Source: an uncultured Neomegalonema sp. (GTDB taxonomy: Bacteria; Pseudomonadota; Alphaproteobacteria; Rhodobacterales; Rhodobacteraceae). Taken from it: DNA of 64,000 nucleotides. Made by a program: the position numbers and the translations under genes. Numbering within the stretch: the stretch's first letter is position 1; each line of letters starts with the position of its first letter. The notes beneath the pieces were generated by a model. The model had not been told where the DNA came from. It made no database searches and was given only the letters and a program-made list of their open reading frames with translations. The stretch covers positions 3,223 through 67,222 of the forward strand of contig CALGNO010000119.1 of NCBI GenBank assembly GCA_937958625.1, read 5' to 3'. Below are positions 1 to 10,269 of this stretch, piece after piece.

Positions 1-2943
1 GTTGGCCTCGCCATTGCCAAGGAGGGTATTCGCGCCCGCATTGCCGATGCCGGTGATCGCCGCGCCGGTCAGGGTCAGGTCTTCGATCTCTGCCCCCGTC
101 GCCGTATCGAGGGACCAGTCGACCGAGGCGAGTACCGTGTCATGGCCGCCGGGGCCGCCGCGGGTCAGCTCTCCGATGCGGTCCTCATCGACGATGTCGC
201 CCGCATCATCGACATGGTAGGTATCATCGCCGAGGCCGCCGACCATCACGTCCTGGCCTGCGCCGCCGATCAGCGTGTCGTTGCCGGCGTTGCCGACCAA
301 CACGTCATTGCCGCTGCCGGTTGTCAGGGTGTCGTTGCCCGCCCGGCCCAGCACCGTGACGCCGCCATCGCCCATGGTGATGGTGTCGTCGAAATCCGAG
401 CCCTCGATGATCTCGATGGAGGTCAGCGTATCGCCTTGGGCATCGCCGCCGGTATTGACGTTGGTGATCGTGTTGACCGTGGCGCCCTGCGCCGAGCCTT
501 GATAGCTCGCCTCGTCCTGCCCCGCGCCGCCGTCAATGTCATCGGCCCCGCCGCGCCCGAACAGGCGGTCATTACCGGTGCCGCCGCTGAGGTCATCGTC
601 TCCGCCGCGTCCGTCGAGGTAATCATCATCGGCCCCACCGACAAGCGTATCGCCCGCCGCGCCACCGAACAGGGCATCGTCGCCCACGCCGCCATCGAAA
701 TCGCCGACGACCGTTTCCGACGAGCCAATTGCGAACTGATCGTTCCCAAGCCCGCCATTGCCCTCGACGCGGGTGATGCCGGTAAAGACTTCTTGCGTGC
801 CTTGGATTTCGACCACGAGGCCGTTGGCGTTTGAGCCGATCAGTGCGATCTCGTCGCCATCGGTATTGTCGTTGATCTGGCGCTGTCCCGCGCGCACGCC
901 GGTATTGAGCGTCAATGTGCCCCCGGCGGCGACGGCGAGGCCGAGGGACACAGTGCCCGCCGCCGTCTCGGTCTCATCGAAGTTAAACGATGCGAGGGTG
1001 ATCTGCGGCGAGCGGATGCCCCACTCGCCAATCCCGGCCAGCCGCAGGGTCAGGGACACATCGGCCCGGATTGCGCCCGAGGCGTCGAAGATCGAGAACG
1101 GGTTGGCGACCAGGGCCGCGCCGAACTCGTCGAGATAGAGGCGGTCGGTGCGCTCGCCGAGATCGTCGTTCAGGTCCAGCTCGATGGTGCCGGTGACATT
1201 GGCGCTGCCGAAAAGCTGTGCGGCAAAGACGTCGGCCCCAAGGGACACACTGAGCGATGCTGACAGCGATGCCTCTGCCCCGTCGCCGTCGATGATGTAG
1301 AACCCGTCAAGGGCCGTCGACAACCCACCGCCATCGGCCAGCAAACCCCGCGTATCATATCCGAAACCAAGATCGAGCGATGCCGAAACCCCGCCGCCGA
1401 GCGAGGCATTGATGAAGGGCACAATCGGGATGCTGATCAGCAGCGGTTCATTAAAGGACAGGCCGAATTCCGGCAGGTCCACCTCGACCAGATCGGCAGT
1501 GCCGCCCAGCAGCAGGCTTATGATCTGGGCGGGGTCGGTCAGGATCGGGAAGGCGAAGGCGCTGTCCTCGCCGCCATCCACCAGATCGGTGAAAATTTCC
1601 TGTCCCGAGAAGCCCGAGGCAAGGTCTTCGGCGCTCCACCCGCCGCCCGTCAGGCCCGCGACGGTATCGCCCAGCGTGTCGACGAACCCGCCAAAAGTCG
1701 CCGGGGCATCGGCCAGTGTGGTGGCGAGGTCGCGGATGTCGGCATCGCTGAAGGTGAAATCGCCGATGACGTATTCATCGGCGCCGAAAACCGTGTTGTT
1801 GAAGAACTCGAACCAGTCGAGAATATTGCTCGCGGTATCGACGAATTCCTGAATCGGCGCGGTATCGACCCCGGCGAGGGCAATCATATCGAGCAACGTC
1901 GCGCGGCCATTGCCGTCGGCGTCGAACAGGGCCTCCCAGTTGTCGAACTGCTCCAGCGGCTCGATCCGGGCGGTCAGGACGTCGAGAACTTGGTTGATCG
2001 GCGTCAGGACCGGCGCGATCTGCCCCAGTACGGGGCGGATGAAGTCCGACACAAACGCGCCGAGGTCGATGGTCACGTCGTTCAGCGCGACATCGGGTAC
2101 TTCGCCAAAGCCGGAATTGTCGTCGGTCGGGTCCACGGTCGCCGCGTTGAAATCCCACCCCACGGCCAGCACGGCGGATACCGAGGGCAGGGCGGTCGTG
2201 CCAAGGTCAGCGGTCAGCTCGATGGCCACATCGGACTGGCCCGTTAGGGTTGCCGAGACCAGCGGTCCGTTCAACTCGTCCAGCCGCAGCAGCCCGTCGC
2301 CATTCGCATCGGTCAGGTTGATGTCGAAGGTGCCGGTAAAACCGCTGCCCGCATCTGCCCCGGTGAAGTTCAGGAGGTTGAAGCCCACATCCGAGGTAAG
2401 GGTCGGCGTGCCGATGCTCAGATCAATGTCGATCTCGTTATTGCCAGAGGTATCGACAAAGAACCCGCTGGCATCGACGCCCATCTCAAAGGCCAGCGAA
2501 AAATCGGTGCCCGCCGCTGCGGTGCCGGTCGTGTCGATGTCGATGCCGGGCAGGCCGAGAGCGGTATCGAGGGCCTGGGTCCAACTGCCCGCGCGGTTCT
2601 CGTCAAAGGTCAGCGTTACGTCGCTGCCGTTGACGGCGATGCCGACCGGCGAGCCTGTGAACCCGGCGGCGGCCAGCGCATCGTCGAGGGCATCCTGGAC
2701 ATCTTCGGAGGCGTGGTCGGTCGCCGACCCAAGATCATTGAGGGCGGCGACGATGGCGGTCTTCATCGCTTCGATGGTGCGCAGGGCTTCTGTGCCACTG
2801 GGATGCGCAGCTTGGAGTTGTGTTCCGACCAGCGGCAAGCTCTCGGCATACACTCTCGCGGCGACCGCGTTCTGGATGGCGGTCAGCGCAGACGACGCGC
2901 CAGATTTTAAACTGTCGATCGAAGCCTGCGCAATTACCGGCAT
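1..2943 (-). CDS. Large secreted RTX-type calcium-binding repeat protein (first 981 codons; C-terminus lies beyond the left window edge)
   Basis: Not in the ORF track because it has no stop inside the window. Reverse-complement reading from ATG at 2943-2941 (GAGGG Shine-Dalgarno just upstream) appeared open by eye for all 981 codons to nt 1; consistently, none of the listed minus-strand ORFs in 1-2943 is in this frame. The distal part (about nt 1-700) encodes tandem GGxGxD nonapeptide repeats, e.g. GGAAGDTLVGGADDDYLDGRGGDDDLSGGTGNDRLFGRGGADDIDGGAGQD and GNAGNDTLIGGAGQDVMVGGLGDDTY. Confidence 0.8.
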   Translation of the reverse strand, partial: MPVIAQASIDSLKSGASSALTAIQNAVAARVYAESLPLVGTQLQAAHPSGTEALRTIEAMKTAIVAALNDLGSATDHASEDVQDALDDALAAAGFTGSPVGIAVNGSDVTLTFDENRAGSWTQALDTALGLPGIDIDTTGTAAAGTDFSLAFEMGVDASGFFVDTSGNNEIDIDLSIGTPTLTSDVGFNLLNFTGADAGSGFTGTFDINLTDANGDGLLRLDELNGPLVSATLTGQSDVAIELTADLGTTALPSVSAVLAVGWDFNAATVDPTDDNSGFGEVPDVALNDVTIDLGAFVSDFIRPVLGQIAPVLTPINQVLDVLTARIEPLEQFDNWEALFDADGNGRATLLDMIALAGVDTAPIQEFVDTASNILDWFEFFNNTVFGADEYVIGDFTFSDADIRDLATTLADAPATFGGFVDTLGDTVAGLTGGGWSAEDLASGFSGQEIFTDLVDGGEDSAFAFPILTDPAQIISLLLGGTADLVEVDLPEFGLSFNEPLLISIPIVPFINASLGGGVSASLDLGFGYDTRGLLADGGGLSTALDGFYIIDGDGAEASLSASLSVSLGADVFAAQLFGSANVTGTIELDLNDDLGERTDRLYLDEFGAALVANPFSIFDASGAIRADVSLTLRLAGIGEWGIRSPQITLASFNFDETETAAGTVSLGLAVAAGGTLTLNTGVRAGQRQINDNTDGDEIALIGSNANGLVVEIQGTQEVFTGITRVEGNGGLGNDQFAIGSSETVVGDFDGGVGDDALFGGAAGDTLVGGADDDYLDGRGGDDDLSGGTGNDRLFGRGGADDIDGGAGQDEASYQGSAQGATVNTITNVNTGGDAQGDTLTSIEIIEGSDFDDTITMGDGGVTVLGRAGNDTLTTGSGNDVLVGNAGNDTLIGGAGQDVMVGGLGDDTYHVDDAGDIVDEDRIGELTRGGPGGHDTVLASVDWSLDTATGAEIEDLTLTGAAITGIGNAGANTLLGNGEAN

Positions 2944-3135
2944 AGCACCCTCATACCCGGAACATACTCAATGGACCGTGGTTAGAAGAAACTGCCTAAA
3001 ATTGTCCAGAAGTCTTTCGCCTATAAGGCGATTAAGCGTCTTTGTCGCGGCGCATACAGCGCGAAGGCGAAGCGCTTGTGCAACGGTTACCTTGGGTCAG
3101 CGTTGCTCGGTTGCCGCATTGGCTGAAGCCAGCGC

Positions 3136-3169
3136 AAAAAAATGGTCGCTGAACCGAAGTCCAGCGACC
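3136..3169 (-). terminator. Rho-independent terminator of the 3203-3796 gene
   Basis: On the minus strand: stem GGTCGCTG, loop GACTTCGGTT, stem CAGCGACC, then ATTTTTTT. On the plus strand the stems are at 3144-3151 and 3162-3169 and the A-run is at 3136-3142. Confidence 0.65.
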
Positions 3170-3202
3170 TGTCGTATCGAACCCTTGCCGGTTAAGCCCC
3201 TA

Positions 3203-3796
3203 TCAGGCGGCAACCGAGCGACGACGGCGCCATACGCCAAAGAACAGCGCCATGGCGGCGATCAGGGTCAGCGGCGAAGGAACCGGAACCTGACCGGTCG
3301 GGGTGCCGGCACCGGGGGTTGCTGTTCCGCCGAAGTGGAAGTCACCGAAATGCTGGCTCGTTCCGGCGACAACCAGCCAACCGTCACCACGGATCTCGTC
3401 GCCGAGGGTCAGATTGAAGCCCTTACCGCCAACATCGGCACCGCCAAAGCTGCCCACAGCACCCATGTCGTTCAGGGTCAGCGTGTCGCCGTTCTGCACG
3501 ACGTCGCTGTAGTTCAGCTCGAAAGGCACCAGACCGTTCACCCGGTTGTCGAAGACCTGACCCGAAATCTGCACGGTGCCCGCATCTCTGTCATAGGTCA
3601 GTTTAGCGTCGGCGCCCTGGGCGTCAAAGTTCAGGGGCGTAAAGCCGTCGTCGCCGCGCTGGAAAAAGCCGCCCGGGCCGTTCCGGTTGTCGGTGGAGTC
3701 CTGCAGGTCATAGGTGATCACGCCTGCATGGGCGTCTGCAACAAAACCCATGGCAAGGGCGGTTACGGCGAAGGCAGTGGTCTTGATCATGTTCAT
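3203..3796 (-). CDS. Secreted protein with PEP-CTERM/VPLPA-CTERM-like C-terminal sorting signal
   Basis: N-terminal signal peptide MNMIKTTAFAVTALAMGFVADAHA. The C-terminus is GQVPVPSPLTLIAAMALFFGVWRRRRS: a Pro-rich motif, a hydrophobic helix and an Arg cluster, as in exosortase-type CTERM tags. It has its own terminator. Confidence 0.7.
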   Translation of the reverse strand: MNMIKTTAFAVTALAMGFVADAHAGVITYDLQDSTDNRNGPGGFFQRGDDGFTPLNFDAQGADAKLTYDRDAGTVQISGQVFDNRVNGLVPFELNYSDVVQNGDTLTLNDMGAVGSFGGADVGGKGFNLTLGDEIRGDGWLVVAGTSQHFGDFHFGGTATPGAGTPTGQVPVPSPLTLIAAMALFFGVWRRRRSVAA

Positions 3797-4434
3797 GGTC
3801 GATTTTCCTCAATCTATCCCGGAGCGTTGTCCTGCCCAGTGAACAGCAAAGAGAATACCAGAATCCTCAAGAACGGGGTTTTTAAAAAATAAATCGGTAT
3901 TTTTGGCCTCAATTTCTGTAAATATGACGAAAGTATTAACAAAACCGAGTTATATGCAGTGTATCGCATACAATTCGATGCTTTCGCGATGGGGGCCGTG
4001 CCCGTCGGCGATGATCGCGACACTGTGATTGCGCGTTTTGCGAATGTGACTGCCCGGACCGCGCATCAAACTGGTCCATCGCCGTTCCGCTGCGGGACAT
4101 TGGCGGCGGTGCCTGTCCCGTACCGTCTGGTATAGCAAGAATGCGAGCGGGTTAGGGAGGATAAGAAACGCGCATGGCGGTGCAGCCGGAGCCACGGAAA
4201 CGGCTAAGGCGTTCTGAAAATGCCGTGAAGCGGTCACTCCCGGGCTGCTCGACCCGAGGGTTTTGAGGTGGACCGCGATACGAACCGCTTCCCCCGCCTC
4301 GCGCCGGGGGTCTCGCTGTGACATGCACTGCCCTAACGCGATCCCGGACAGCGCCTGCGGCGCTGCGGGGGATGCGAGGATATGGTTTTACTGACGCCTT
4401 TGGCTTCGAACCATTGCCGTGCAGCCGAAACCTC

Positions 4435-6600
4435 CTAGCCGCGCGCCTTTTTCTCCAGCCGCCGCGCGTGCAGCACCGGCTCGGTATAGCCCGAAGGCTG
4501 CTCGCGGCCTTTGAACACCAGATCACAGGCGGCCTGAAACGCGACCCCATCGAAACCCGGGGCCATGGGCGTATAGGCCGGATCACCCGCGTTCTGACCA
4601 TCCACCTTTTCCGCCATGCGCTTCATGACCGTCATCACCTGATCCTCGGTGACGATGCCGTGGTGCAGCCAGTTGGCGATATGCTGGGATGAAATACGCA
4701 GGGTCGCGCGGTCTTCCATCAGACCAATGTCGTTGATGTCCGGCACCGTAGAACAGCCGACGCCCTGATCGATCCAGCGGACGACATAGCCGAGAATGCC
4801 TTGGGCGTTGTTCTCCAACTCGGCAGTCAGGTCATCGTCGGGCCAGTTGGTATTGGCGGCCAGCGGGATCGTCAGCAAGCCGACGAGGCTCGCCCGCGCA
4901 CCTTCGGCGGCGATTCTCTCCTGCTCGGCTGGGACATTGACCTTGTGATAGTGGGTCGCGTGCAGGGTCGCGGCGGTGGGCGAGGGCACCCAGGCGGTGT
5001 TCGCCCCCGCCTTCGGATGCCCGATCTTTTCCTCCAGCATCGCCGCCATACGGTTCGGCGCGGCCCACATGCCCTTGCCGATCTGGGCGCGGCCCTTCAG
5101 GCCACAGGCGAGGCCCACATCGACGTTCCAGTCCTCATAGGCGGCAATCCACGCGCTTTGCTTCATATCGGCCTTGCGGATCATCGCCCCGGCCTCCATC
5201 GAGGTATGCATCTCGTCGCCGGTACGGTCGAGGAAGCCGGTATTGATAAAGAACAGGCGCTCCTTCACCGCCCGGATCGCCTCGCGCAGGTTCGCGGACA
5301 TGCGGCGTTCTTCGTCCATCACCCCGACCTTGATCGTATGACGCTCGAGGCCCAGCAGGTCTTCGGTACGTGCGAAGATCTCATCGGCAAAGGCGGCTTC
5401 CTCGGCCCCGTGCATCTTGGGCTTGACCACATAGATCGAACCGGTGCGCGAGTTGCGGTAAAGATTGCTGCGCTCCTTCGACAGATCGTGCATGGCGCAC
5501 AAGGCCGTCACAACGGAGTCGATCAGCCCCTCATAAACCTCGTTTCCATCGCGGTCGAGGATGGCTGGATTGGTCATCAGATGCCCGACATTGCGGACCA
5601 GCAAGACCGAGCGCCCGTGCAGGCGGATCTCGCCGCCGCTGGAAGAAATGTATTCGCGGTCGGGGTTTAGCGCGCGGCTGACCGTCTGGCCGTTCTTCTC
5701 GAACGTATCGGTCAGGTCGCCCTTCATCAGGCCCAGCCAGTTGCGATAGGCGGTGACTTTATCCTCGGCATCGACGCAGGCGACGGAATCCTCGCAGTCG
5801 CAGATGGTCGAGACGGCAGCCTCAAGGATGACATCGGCGATACCGGCGGTGTCCCGGCGGCCAATGCGGTGGTCCTTGTCGATGACGATCTCGATGTGCA
5901 GCCCGTTGTTTCGCAACAGCAATGTCTGCGGGTCGTGGGTGGCACCGGTATAGCCGATGAACTGGTCCTCGTTCGACAGGCGCAGGGTCCGGCCATCCTC
6001 GTTGGAAATCCGCAGCTTGCCGTTTTCGACCGCAAAGCCCGTGCGTCCGGCCCAGCCCGACCCGAAAAGGGGCGCAATCTCGTCGAGAAAGCCCATGGTC
6101 CAGTCGACCACCCGGTCGCCGCGATCCACTTCGTATTCCTTGCCGCGCGGCATGTCGCCCATGGCATCGGTGCCGTAGAGCGCATCGTACAAGCTGCCCC
6201 AGCGGGCATTGGCGGCGTTGAGCGCATAGCGGGGATTGGTGACCGGCACGACCAGTTGCGGCCCGGCGATCATGGCAATCTCGTAGTCGATATTGCGCAC
6301 GTCGATCTCAAAATCCCCGCCCTCGGGCGTCAGATAGCCGATCCCGGTTAGAAAATCGCGATAGGTGCCGGGGTCCGGCGTACCGGGATTGGCCTTGTGC
6401 CAGTCATCCAGCTTTCGCTGCAACTCGGCGCGGGTGTCAAGCAAGGCGCGGTTCTTCGGTGTCAGGTCGTGAACCAGCGCGCTGAATCCTTGCCAGAACG
6501 CACCGCTGTCGACGCCGGTGCCGGGCAGGGCCTCGGACTCGATGAAATCAGACAGCTCTTTGGCGACTTGCAGGCCGTTCACCTCGATGCGGTCAGTCAT
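4435..6600 (-). CDS. glcB: Malate synthase G
   Basis: 721 aa, the typical length. Reads as malate synthase G across the full length ([21 protein letters not shown]... to ...[13 protein letters not shown]). GAGGAG Shine-Dalgarno upstream of the ATG. Confidence 0.93.
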   Translation of the reverse strand: MTDRIEVNGLQVAKELSDFIESEALPGTGVDSGAFWQGFSALVHDLTPKNRALLDTRAELQRKLDDWHKANPGTPDPGTYRDFLTGIGYLTPEGGDFEIDVRNIDYEIAMIAGPQLVVPVTNPRYALNAANARWGSLYDALYGTDAMGDMPRGKEYEVDRGDRVVDWTMGFLDEIAPLFGSGWAGRTGFAVENGKLRISNEDGRTLRLSNEDQFIGYTGATHDPQTLLLRNNGLHIEIVIDKDHRIGRRDTAGIADVILEAAVSTICDCEDSVACVDAEDKVTAYRNWLGLMKGDLTDTFEKNGQTVSRALNPDREYISSSGGEIRLHGRSVLLVRNVGHLMTNPAILDRDGNEVYEGLIDSVVTALCAMHDLSKERSNLYRNSRTGSIYVVKPKMHGAEEAAFADEIFARTEDLLGLERHTIKVGVMDEERRMSANLREAIRAVKERLFFINTGFLDRTGDEMHTSMEAGAMIRKADMKQSAWIAAYEDWNVDVGLACGLKGRAQIGKGMWAAPNRMAAMLEEKIGHPKAGANTAWVPSPTAATLHATHYHKVNVPAEQERIAAEGARASLVGLLTIPLAANTNWPDDDLTAELENNAQGILGYVVRWIDQGVGCSTVPDINDIGLMEDRATLRISSQHIANWLHHGIVTEDQVMTVMKRMAEKVDGQNAGDPAYTPMAPGFDGVAFQAACDLVFKGREQPSGYTEPVLHARRLEKKARG

Positions 6601-6639
6601 GGTAGTCTCCTCGTAGATTTGAGCCGAGGAGTATAGGAA

Positions 6640-7095
6640 ATGACAGCCGGGTCAACGCACTCATTAGCGCAGGCGGACGCGGCAACGTTTGACGACGCAA
6701 ACGTTGCCGCTGTCTTCGCCGATTATCCCAAGGCCGTGGTCGGCAGATTGCTACGGTTGCGCGCGCTCGTCTTCGAAACGGCGGCGGCGACAGAGGGTGT
6801 TGGCAAGTTAACCGAAACGCTGCGTTGGGGGCAGCCCGCGTATCTGACCGAGGCAACGAAGTCCGGCAGTACGGTTCGTCTCCACACAACGGAAAAACCC
6901 GGAGAAGTGGCGGTTTTCTTCATCTGTCACACGGGATTGGTCAGCCGTTTCCGGGAATTATTCCCGGATGCGCTACCCTATCAAGGGACGCGGGCGATCG
7001 TTTTTGGTGCTGACGACACGATCGACGAAAATGCGCTGGCGCAGTGTTTATCCATGGCGCTGACATTTAAATTGAAGCGCCATCGGGCAAATTAA
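6640..7095 (+). CDS. DUF1801 (YdhG-like) domain protein
   Basis: 151 aa with the pattern ...LRALVFETA...[11 protein letters not shown]... typical of DUF1801. AGGAA ribosome-binding site. Divergent from glcB. Confidence 0.55.
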   Translation: MTAGSTHSLAQADAATFDDANVAAVFADYPKAVVGRLLRLRALVFETAAATEGVGKLTETLRWGQPAYLTEATKSGSTVRLHTTEKPGEVAVFFICHTGLVSRFRELFPDALPYQGTRAIVFGADDTIDENALAQCLSMALTFKLKRHRAN

Positions 7096-7137
7096 CGCGT
7101 AATCCGGCGCAATAGGCTGGAGCCTTGAATCGAACAA

Positions 7138-7157
7138 GGGCGACCCGAAGGCCGCCC
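7138..7157. terminator. Possible bidirectional hairpin between convergent genes
   Basis: GGGCGACC-CGAA-GGCCGCCC (one A.C mismatch), lying between the stops of 6640-7095 (+) and 7186-8730 (-). No clear T-tract. Confidence 0.3.
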
Positions 7158-7185
7158 CTGATGCTTTCGTCAAACGCCGTGACGT

Positions 7186-8730
7186 TTATGCGAACGACCA
7201 GCGTTCTGCGATGCGCAGGCCGTCCATCTGCCACGCATTCGATACCTGCTCGGGCTGTTGCAGCTTGGTCGAGGCGGCGTCGATGTAGTTGGCGTACATC
7301 GGGATGACGGTCCCGCCATCGGTGCGCACCAGATCCTGCATCTCGCGGTAAAGCGCGCCGCGCTTGTCGCTGTCCAGTTCAACACGGGCCTGAAGCAGCA
7401 GATCGTTGAACTTCTTGTTGTTCCAGAACGCATCGTTCCAAGGCACACCGGCCTCGTAGGCGGTGTTGAACATCCAGTCCTCGGTGGCACGGCCCGACCA
7501 GTAACAGGCGCAGAACGGCTTTTTCATCCAGACATTGGACCAATAGCCATCCTTCGGCTCGCGGACGAGGTCGATGGTGACGCCACCGGCGGCGGCAGCC
7601 TCCTGATACAGAACGCCCGCATCCACGGCACCGGGGAAGGCGGCGTCGGACACCGACAGCTTGACGGTCAGCGAATCCATTCCGGCCTGTTTCAGATAGA
7701 ACTTCGCCTTGTCCGGGTCATAGCTGTGCTGGTCCAGATCGGGGGCGTAGTACTGGTTTGCGGGACCGATGGGATGGTCATTCGCCACCGCGCCGTGGCC
7801 GTAGAGAACCTTGTCCACCAGCGCCTGACGGTCGATGGCGTGCTTCATGGCCAGGCGGACATTGTTGTCCTCATAGGGCCGCGCACGGGTATCCATCGGG
7901 AAGGTGTAGTGTTGGTTGCCGGTGACTTCGAAGACGAAGACGCCCTTGTTGCGCTCCAGCAGGCGCACGGTCTTGGGTTCGATCTTGTTGATGACATCGA
8001 CTTCGCCGGTCACCAGCGCGTTGATGCGGGCGGCGGTGTCGTTGATGCCGACATATTCGACCGAGTCGAAATGCCCGCGATCATCGCGGTAATCATTACG
8101 GTTTTTCTCGCCCGAGGCCCGAACGCCCGGTTCGAAATCGGTCAGGGTATAGGCCCCGGTGCCGATACCCTTTTCAATCGCCTCGTCAAAGCCCTCGGCG
8201 GGGTACATCAGCAGGTGATAGTCCGACAGCAGATAGGGGAAATCGGCATTGCCGTTTTTCAGCGTAAAGCGGATGGTCCGGTCATCCAGCTTGGTCATTT
8301 CTTCGATGGGCTGAACGATCGGCTTGGCGGCGGATTTCGATTTCTCGCCCCGGTGGTGGTTGAGCGAGGCGATGACGTCGTCGGCCCCAAAGCTCTTGCC
8401 GTTGTGGAACTCGGCCTCGCGCAGTTTGAAGGTCCAGGTCGAGGCATCGGCGCTGGCTTCCCAGCTTTCGGCCAACTCGCCGCCCAGCGAACCGTCGGCT
8501 TTCACTTCGGTCAGGCAGTCGAAGATCGTGCCGGAGCAGAGAAGCTGCATGAACGCATCGGTATGGGTTGCGCCGTCAAGGTTATCGACCGTGTTACCGC
8601 CCGAAATCCCGACGCGCAGGTTGCCGCCCTGTTTCTTTTCGGCGGAGGCAGGCTTGACACCGGCAGCAAGCGCACCGGCACCGACGGCACCGAGTTGCAG
8701 GGCCCTGCGGCGGTTGAGTTCAAAAGACAT
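7186..8730 (-). CDS. ABC transporter substrate-binding protein, family 5 (peptide/nickel type)
   Basis: Start trimmed to ATG 8730, giving MSFELNRRRALQLGAVGAGALAAGVKPASA, a twin-arginine signal. The remainder reads as a family-5 SBP. The longer 600-aa ORF would add an Arg/Trp-rich nonsense leader. Confidence 0.85.
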   Translation of the reverse strand: MSFELNRRRALQLGAVGAGALAAGVKPASAEKKQGGNLRVGISGGNTVDNLDGATHTDAFMQLLCSGTIFDCLTEVKADGSLGGELAESWEASADASTWTFKLREAEFHNGKSFGADDVIASLNHHRGEKSKSAAKPIVQPIEEMTKLDDRTIRFTLKNGNADFPYLLSDYHLLMYPAEGFDEAIEKGIGTGAYTLTDFEPGVRASGEKNRNDYRDDRGHFDSVEYVGINDTAARINALVTGEVDVINKIEPKTVRLLERNKGVFVFEVTGNQHYTFPMDTRARPYEDNNVRLAMKHAIDRQALVDKVLYGHGAVANDHPIGPANQYYAPDLDQHSYDPDKAKFYLKQAGMDSLTVKLSVSDAAFPGAVDAGVLYQEAAAAGGVTIDLVREPKDGYWSNVWMKKPFCACYWSGRATEDWMFNTAYEAGVPWNDAFWNNKKFNDLLLQARVELDSDKRGALYREMQDLVRTDGGTVIPMYANYIDAASTKLQQPEQVSNAWQMDGLRIAERWSFA

Positions 8731-8794
8731 CCTTGTTCTCCCTTGGATTTTCTCGTTTTTGATACTGGGAGTTTCACAATTCCCGCCTGGTAAG

Positions 8795-10015
8795 TCAAAC
8801 GCCGGGCCGGGGACGGGAAAATGCCACCAGGATCGCCGCCAATCCGGTAAAGGCCAAAAGCGCGTAAACCAGCGGTGTCGCGGTGCCGTCATAGAACTGA
8901 GCCACGGAATAGGCCCCGAGGGCCGCGCCAATGCTTTGCCCCGCGCCGAACAGCACGCCCGCCGCCGCGCCGCGTTGCTTCGGCACATTGGCCAGCATCA
9001 CCAGAGGGGCCGACGAAAATGTCAGCCCGAGGCCGAAGGAAAACACCGACATCGCCATCACGATCCTGATCGGGGAGAGCAGCTCTGCCAGATCGAGAAA
9101 CACCATGAGCAGCGCGCCGAGCAGCGACAGCGCAACGCCTACGCGCATGATCGTGCGTGGCAGGGCCATATCCGCCAACCGGTTCGCCACGCCCGCGCCA
9201 ACGATATAGGCGACGACGCCGATTGCGTAATACAGCCCATAACGCTCGGTCGCGACGCCCAGCGTGTCGATCAACAGAAACGGACCGGCGGTGATATAGG
9301 CAAATAACCCTGCAAAAACAGCGCTAAAGGCCAGCCCCGGCAGAACAAAGCGCGAGTCGCTCAACAGCGATTTATAGCGTCGCAGGGACAATCGCCAATC
9401 GAGGGGTGTCTTGCGCCCGGTTTCCGGCACAAAGAGCCAGCCCGCCGCCGCAACGATGATCCCGAGTATGCAGAGAATAACGAAATTCGCCTCCCAGCCC
9501 ATCGTCACATGCACCCAGCCGCCGATGACCGGCCCCAGCGCCGGGGCGACGCCGATAGCCGCGCCATAGATGCTGAGCACGCGCACCGCGTCCGGCCCCT
9601 TGTAGATGTCGCGGATGATCACGACGCCGAGCACCGACACGACCGAGGCCGCCGCGCCTTGCCCAATCCGCAGCGCAATCAGGGCCTCAATGGTTGGTGC
9701 GAGGGCGCAGGCGAGGCTGAAAACGGCGAAAATGCCCATACACCAAGACAAAAGCGGCCTGCGCCCGAACCGGTCAGAGAGCGGCCCGATCAGGAACGGC
9801 CCAAGGGCATAACCGAGGAAATTCGCGCTCATGGTCATCTGCACGGTCCCGGCATCGGTGCCGAAAACCCGCGTCAGATGGGGCAGCGAAGGGGTATAGA
9901 GGTCGGTCGACAGGATCGACACGATCATGCAGGCGATCAGCACCGCCGGGATCGACCAATGCGCCGCTACGTCACCAGTCTGGTGCGGCGCTCGGGTTTT
10001 CCGGGCAACGGTCAC
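8795..10015 (-). CDS. MFS transporter, Bcr/CflA drug-resistance subfamily
   Basis: 406 aa with about 12 hydrophobic segments. Carries the motif GPLSDRFGRRPLL after TM2, typical of Bcr/CflA exporters. Confidence 0.85.
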   Translation of the reverse strand: MTVARKTRAPHQTGDVAAHWSIPAVLIACMIVSILSTDLYTPSLPHLTRVFGTDAGTVQMTMSANFLGYALGPFLIGPLSDRFGRRPLLSWCMGIFAVFSLACALAPTIEALIALRIGQGAAASVVSVLGVVIIRDIYKGPDAVRVLSIYGAAIGVAPALGPVIGGWVHVTMGWEANFVILCILGIIVAAAGWLFVPETGRKTPLDWRLSLRRYKSLLSDSRFVLPGLAFSAVFAGLFAYITAGPFLLIDTLGVATERYGLYYAIGVVAYIVGAGVANRLADMALPRTIMRVGVALSLLGALLMVFLDLAELLSPIRIVMAMSVFSFGLGLTFSSAPLVMLANVPKQRGAAAGVLFGAGQSIGAALGAYSVAQFYDGTATPLVYALLAFTGLAAILVAFSRPRPGV

Positions 10016-10117
10016 AATCGGTCCAGTCCTGATGATGTCGAGCTGCCGCCTACCTCGCCCCCCGGTGCCATCCGGTCAAGAGGTTATGGCAAATCATCCC
10101 AAAAGACTGCGCCCGAT

Positions 10118-10137
10118 TGCCCCTATTTCGCTGCGGC
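10118..10137. repeat. Left copy of a 20-bp direct repeat, TGCCCCTATTTCGCTGCGGC
   Basis: Identical 20-mer at 13465-13484; 22 of 23 positions match if extended 3 nt to the right. Confidence 0.9.
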
Positions 10138-10269
10138 TTCGCGTCCGGCGCACTTTGATCGCAAGGCGGTTGCCGATCTCGCGAATACAGCTTTTAATGT
10201 ACAAAAGGTTGATCAGGCCCATAGCTTGATCGAGTTTCCCGGCGGTTTTGCGAAAACAGGATACACTAC

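Noticed and set aside
1910-3892. 660-aa plus-strand ORF, the longest track ORF in the first 4 kb
   Set aside because: It is antisense to the RTX gene and to the CTERM-protein gene, and it reads straight through the intergenic region and the clear minus-strand terminator at 3136-3169. Its composition is Ser/Ala/Arg/Pro-rich, typical of wrong-frame high-GC translation.
3950-4324. 124-aa minus-strand ORF (and 4152-4601) in the long non-coding interval
   Set aside because: The products are Arg/Pro/Ala-rich with no motifs, and 4152-4601 overlaps the end of glcB. Both are kept only as part of the unexplained-interval finding.
4395-4420. GGTTCGAAGCC (minus strand), resembling a tRNA T-loop
   Set aside because: It lies only about 20 nt after the glcB stop, so there is no room for acceptor, D and anticodon arms. 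The flanking bases do not form a 5-bp T-stem or a 7-bp acceptor stem.
7258-8793. 511-aa plus-strand ORF. The same situation applies to 16930-18432 (+), 36215-37822 (+), 48422-49801 (-), 55884-57212 (-), 57579-58769 (-), 24179-25351 (+) and 25314-26417 (-)
   Set aside because: All are antisense shadows of genes with strong family signatures (SBP, dctM/permease, tssL/tssK, tssC, clpV, hupE/DUF4198). All have Arg/Gly/His-rich low-complexity products.
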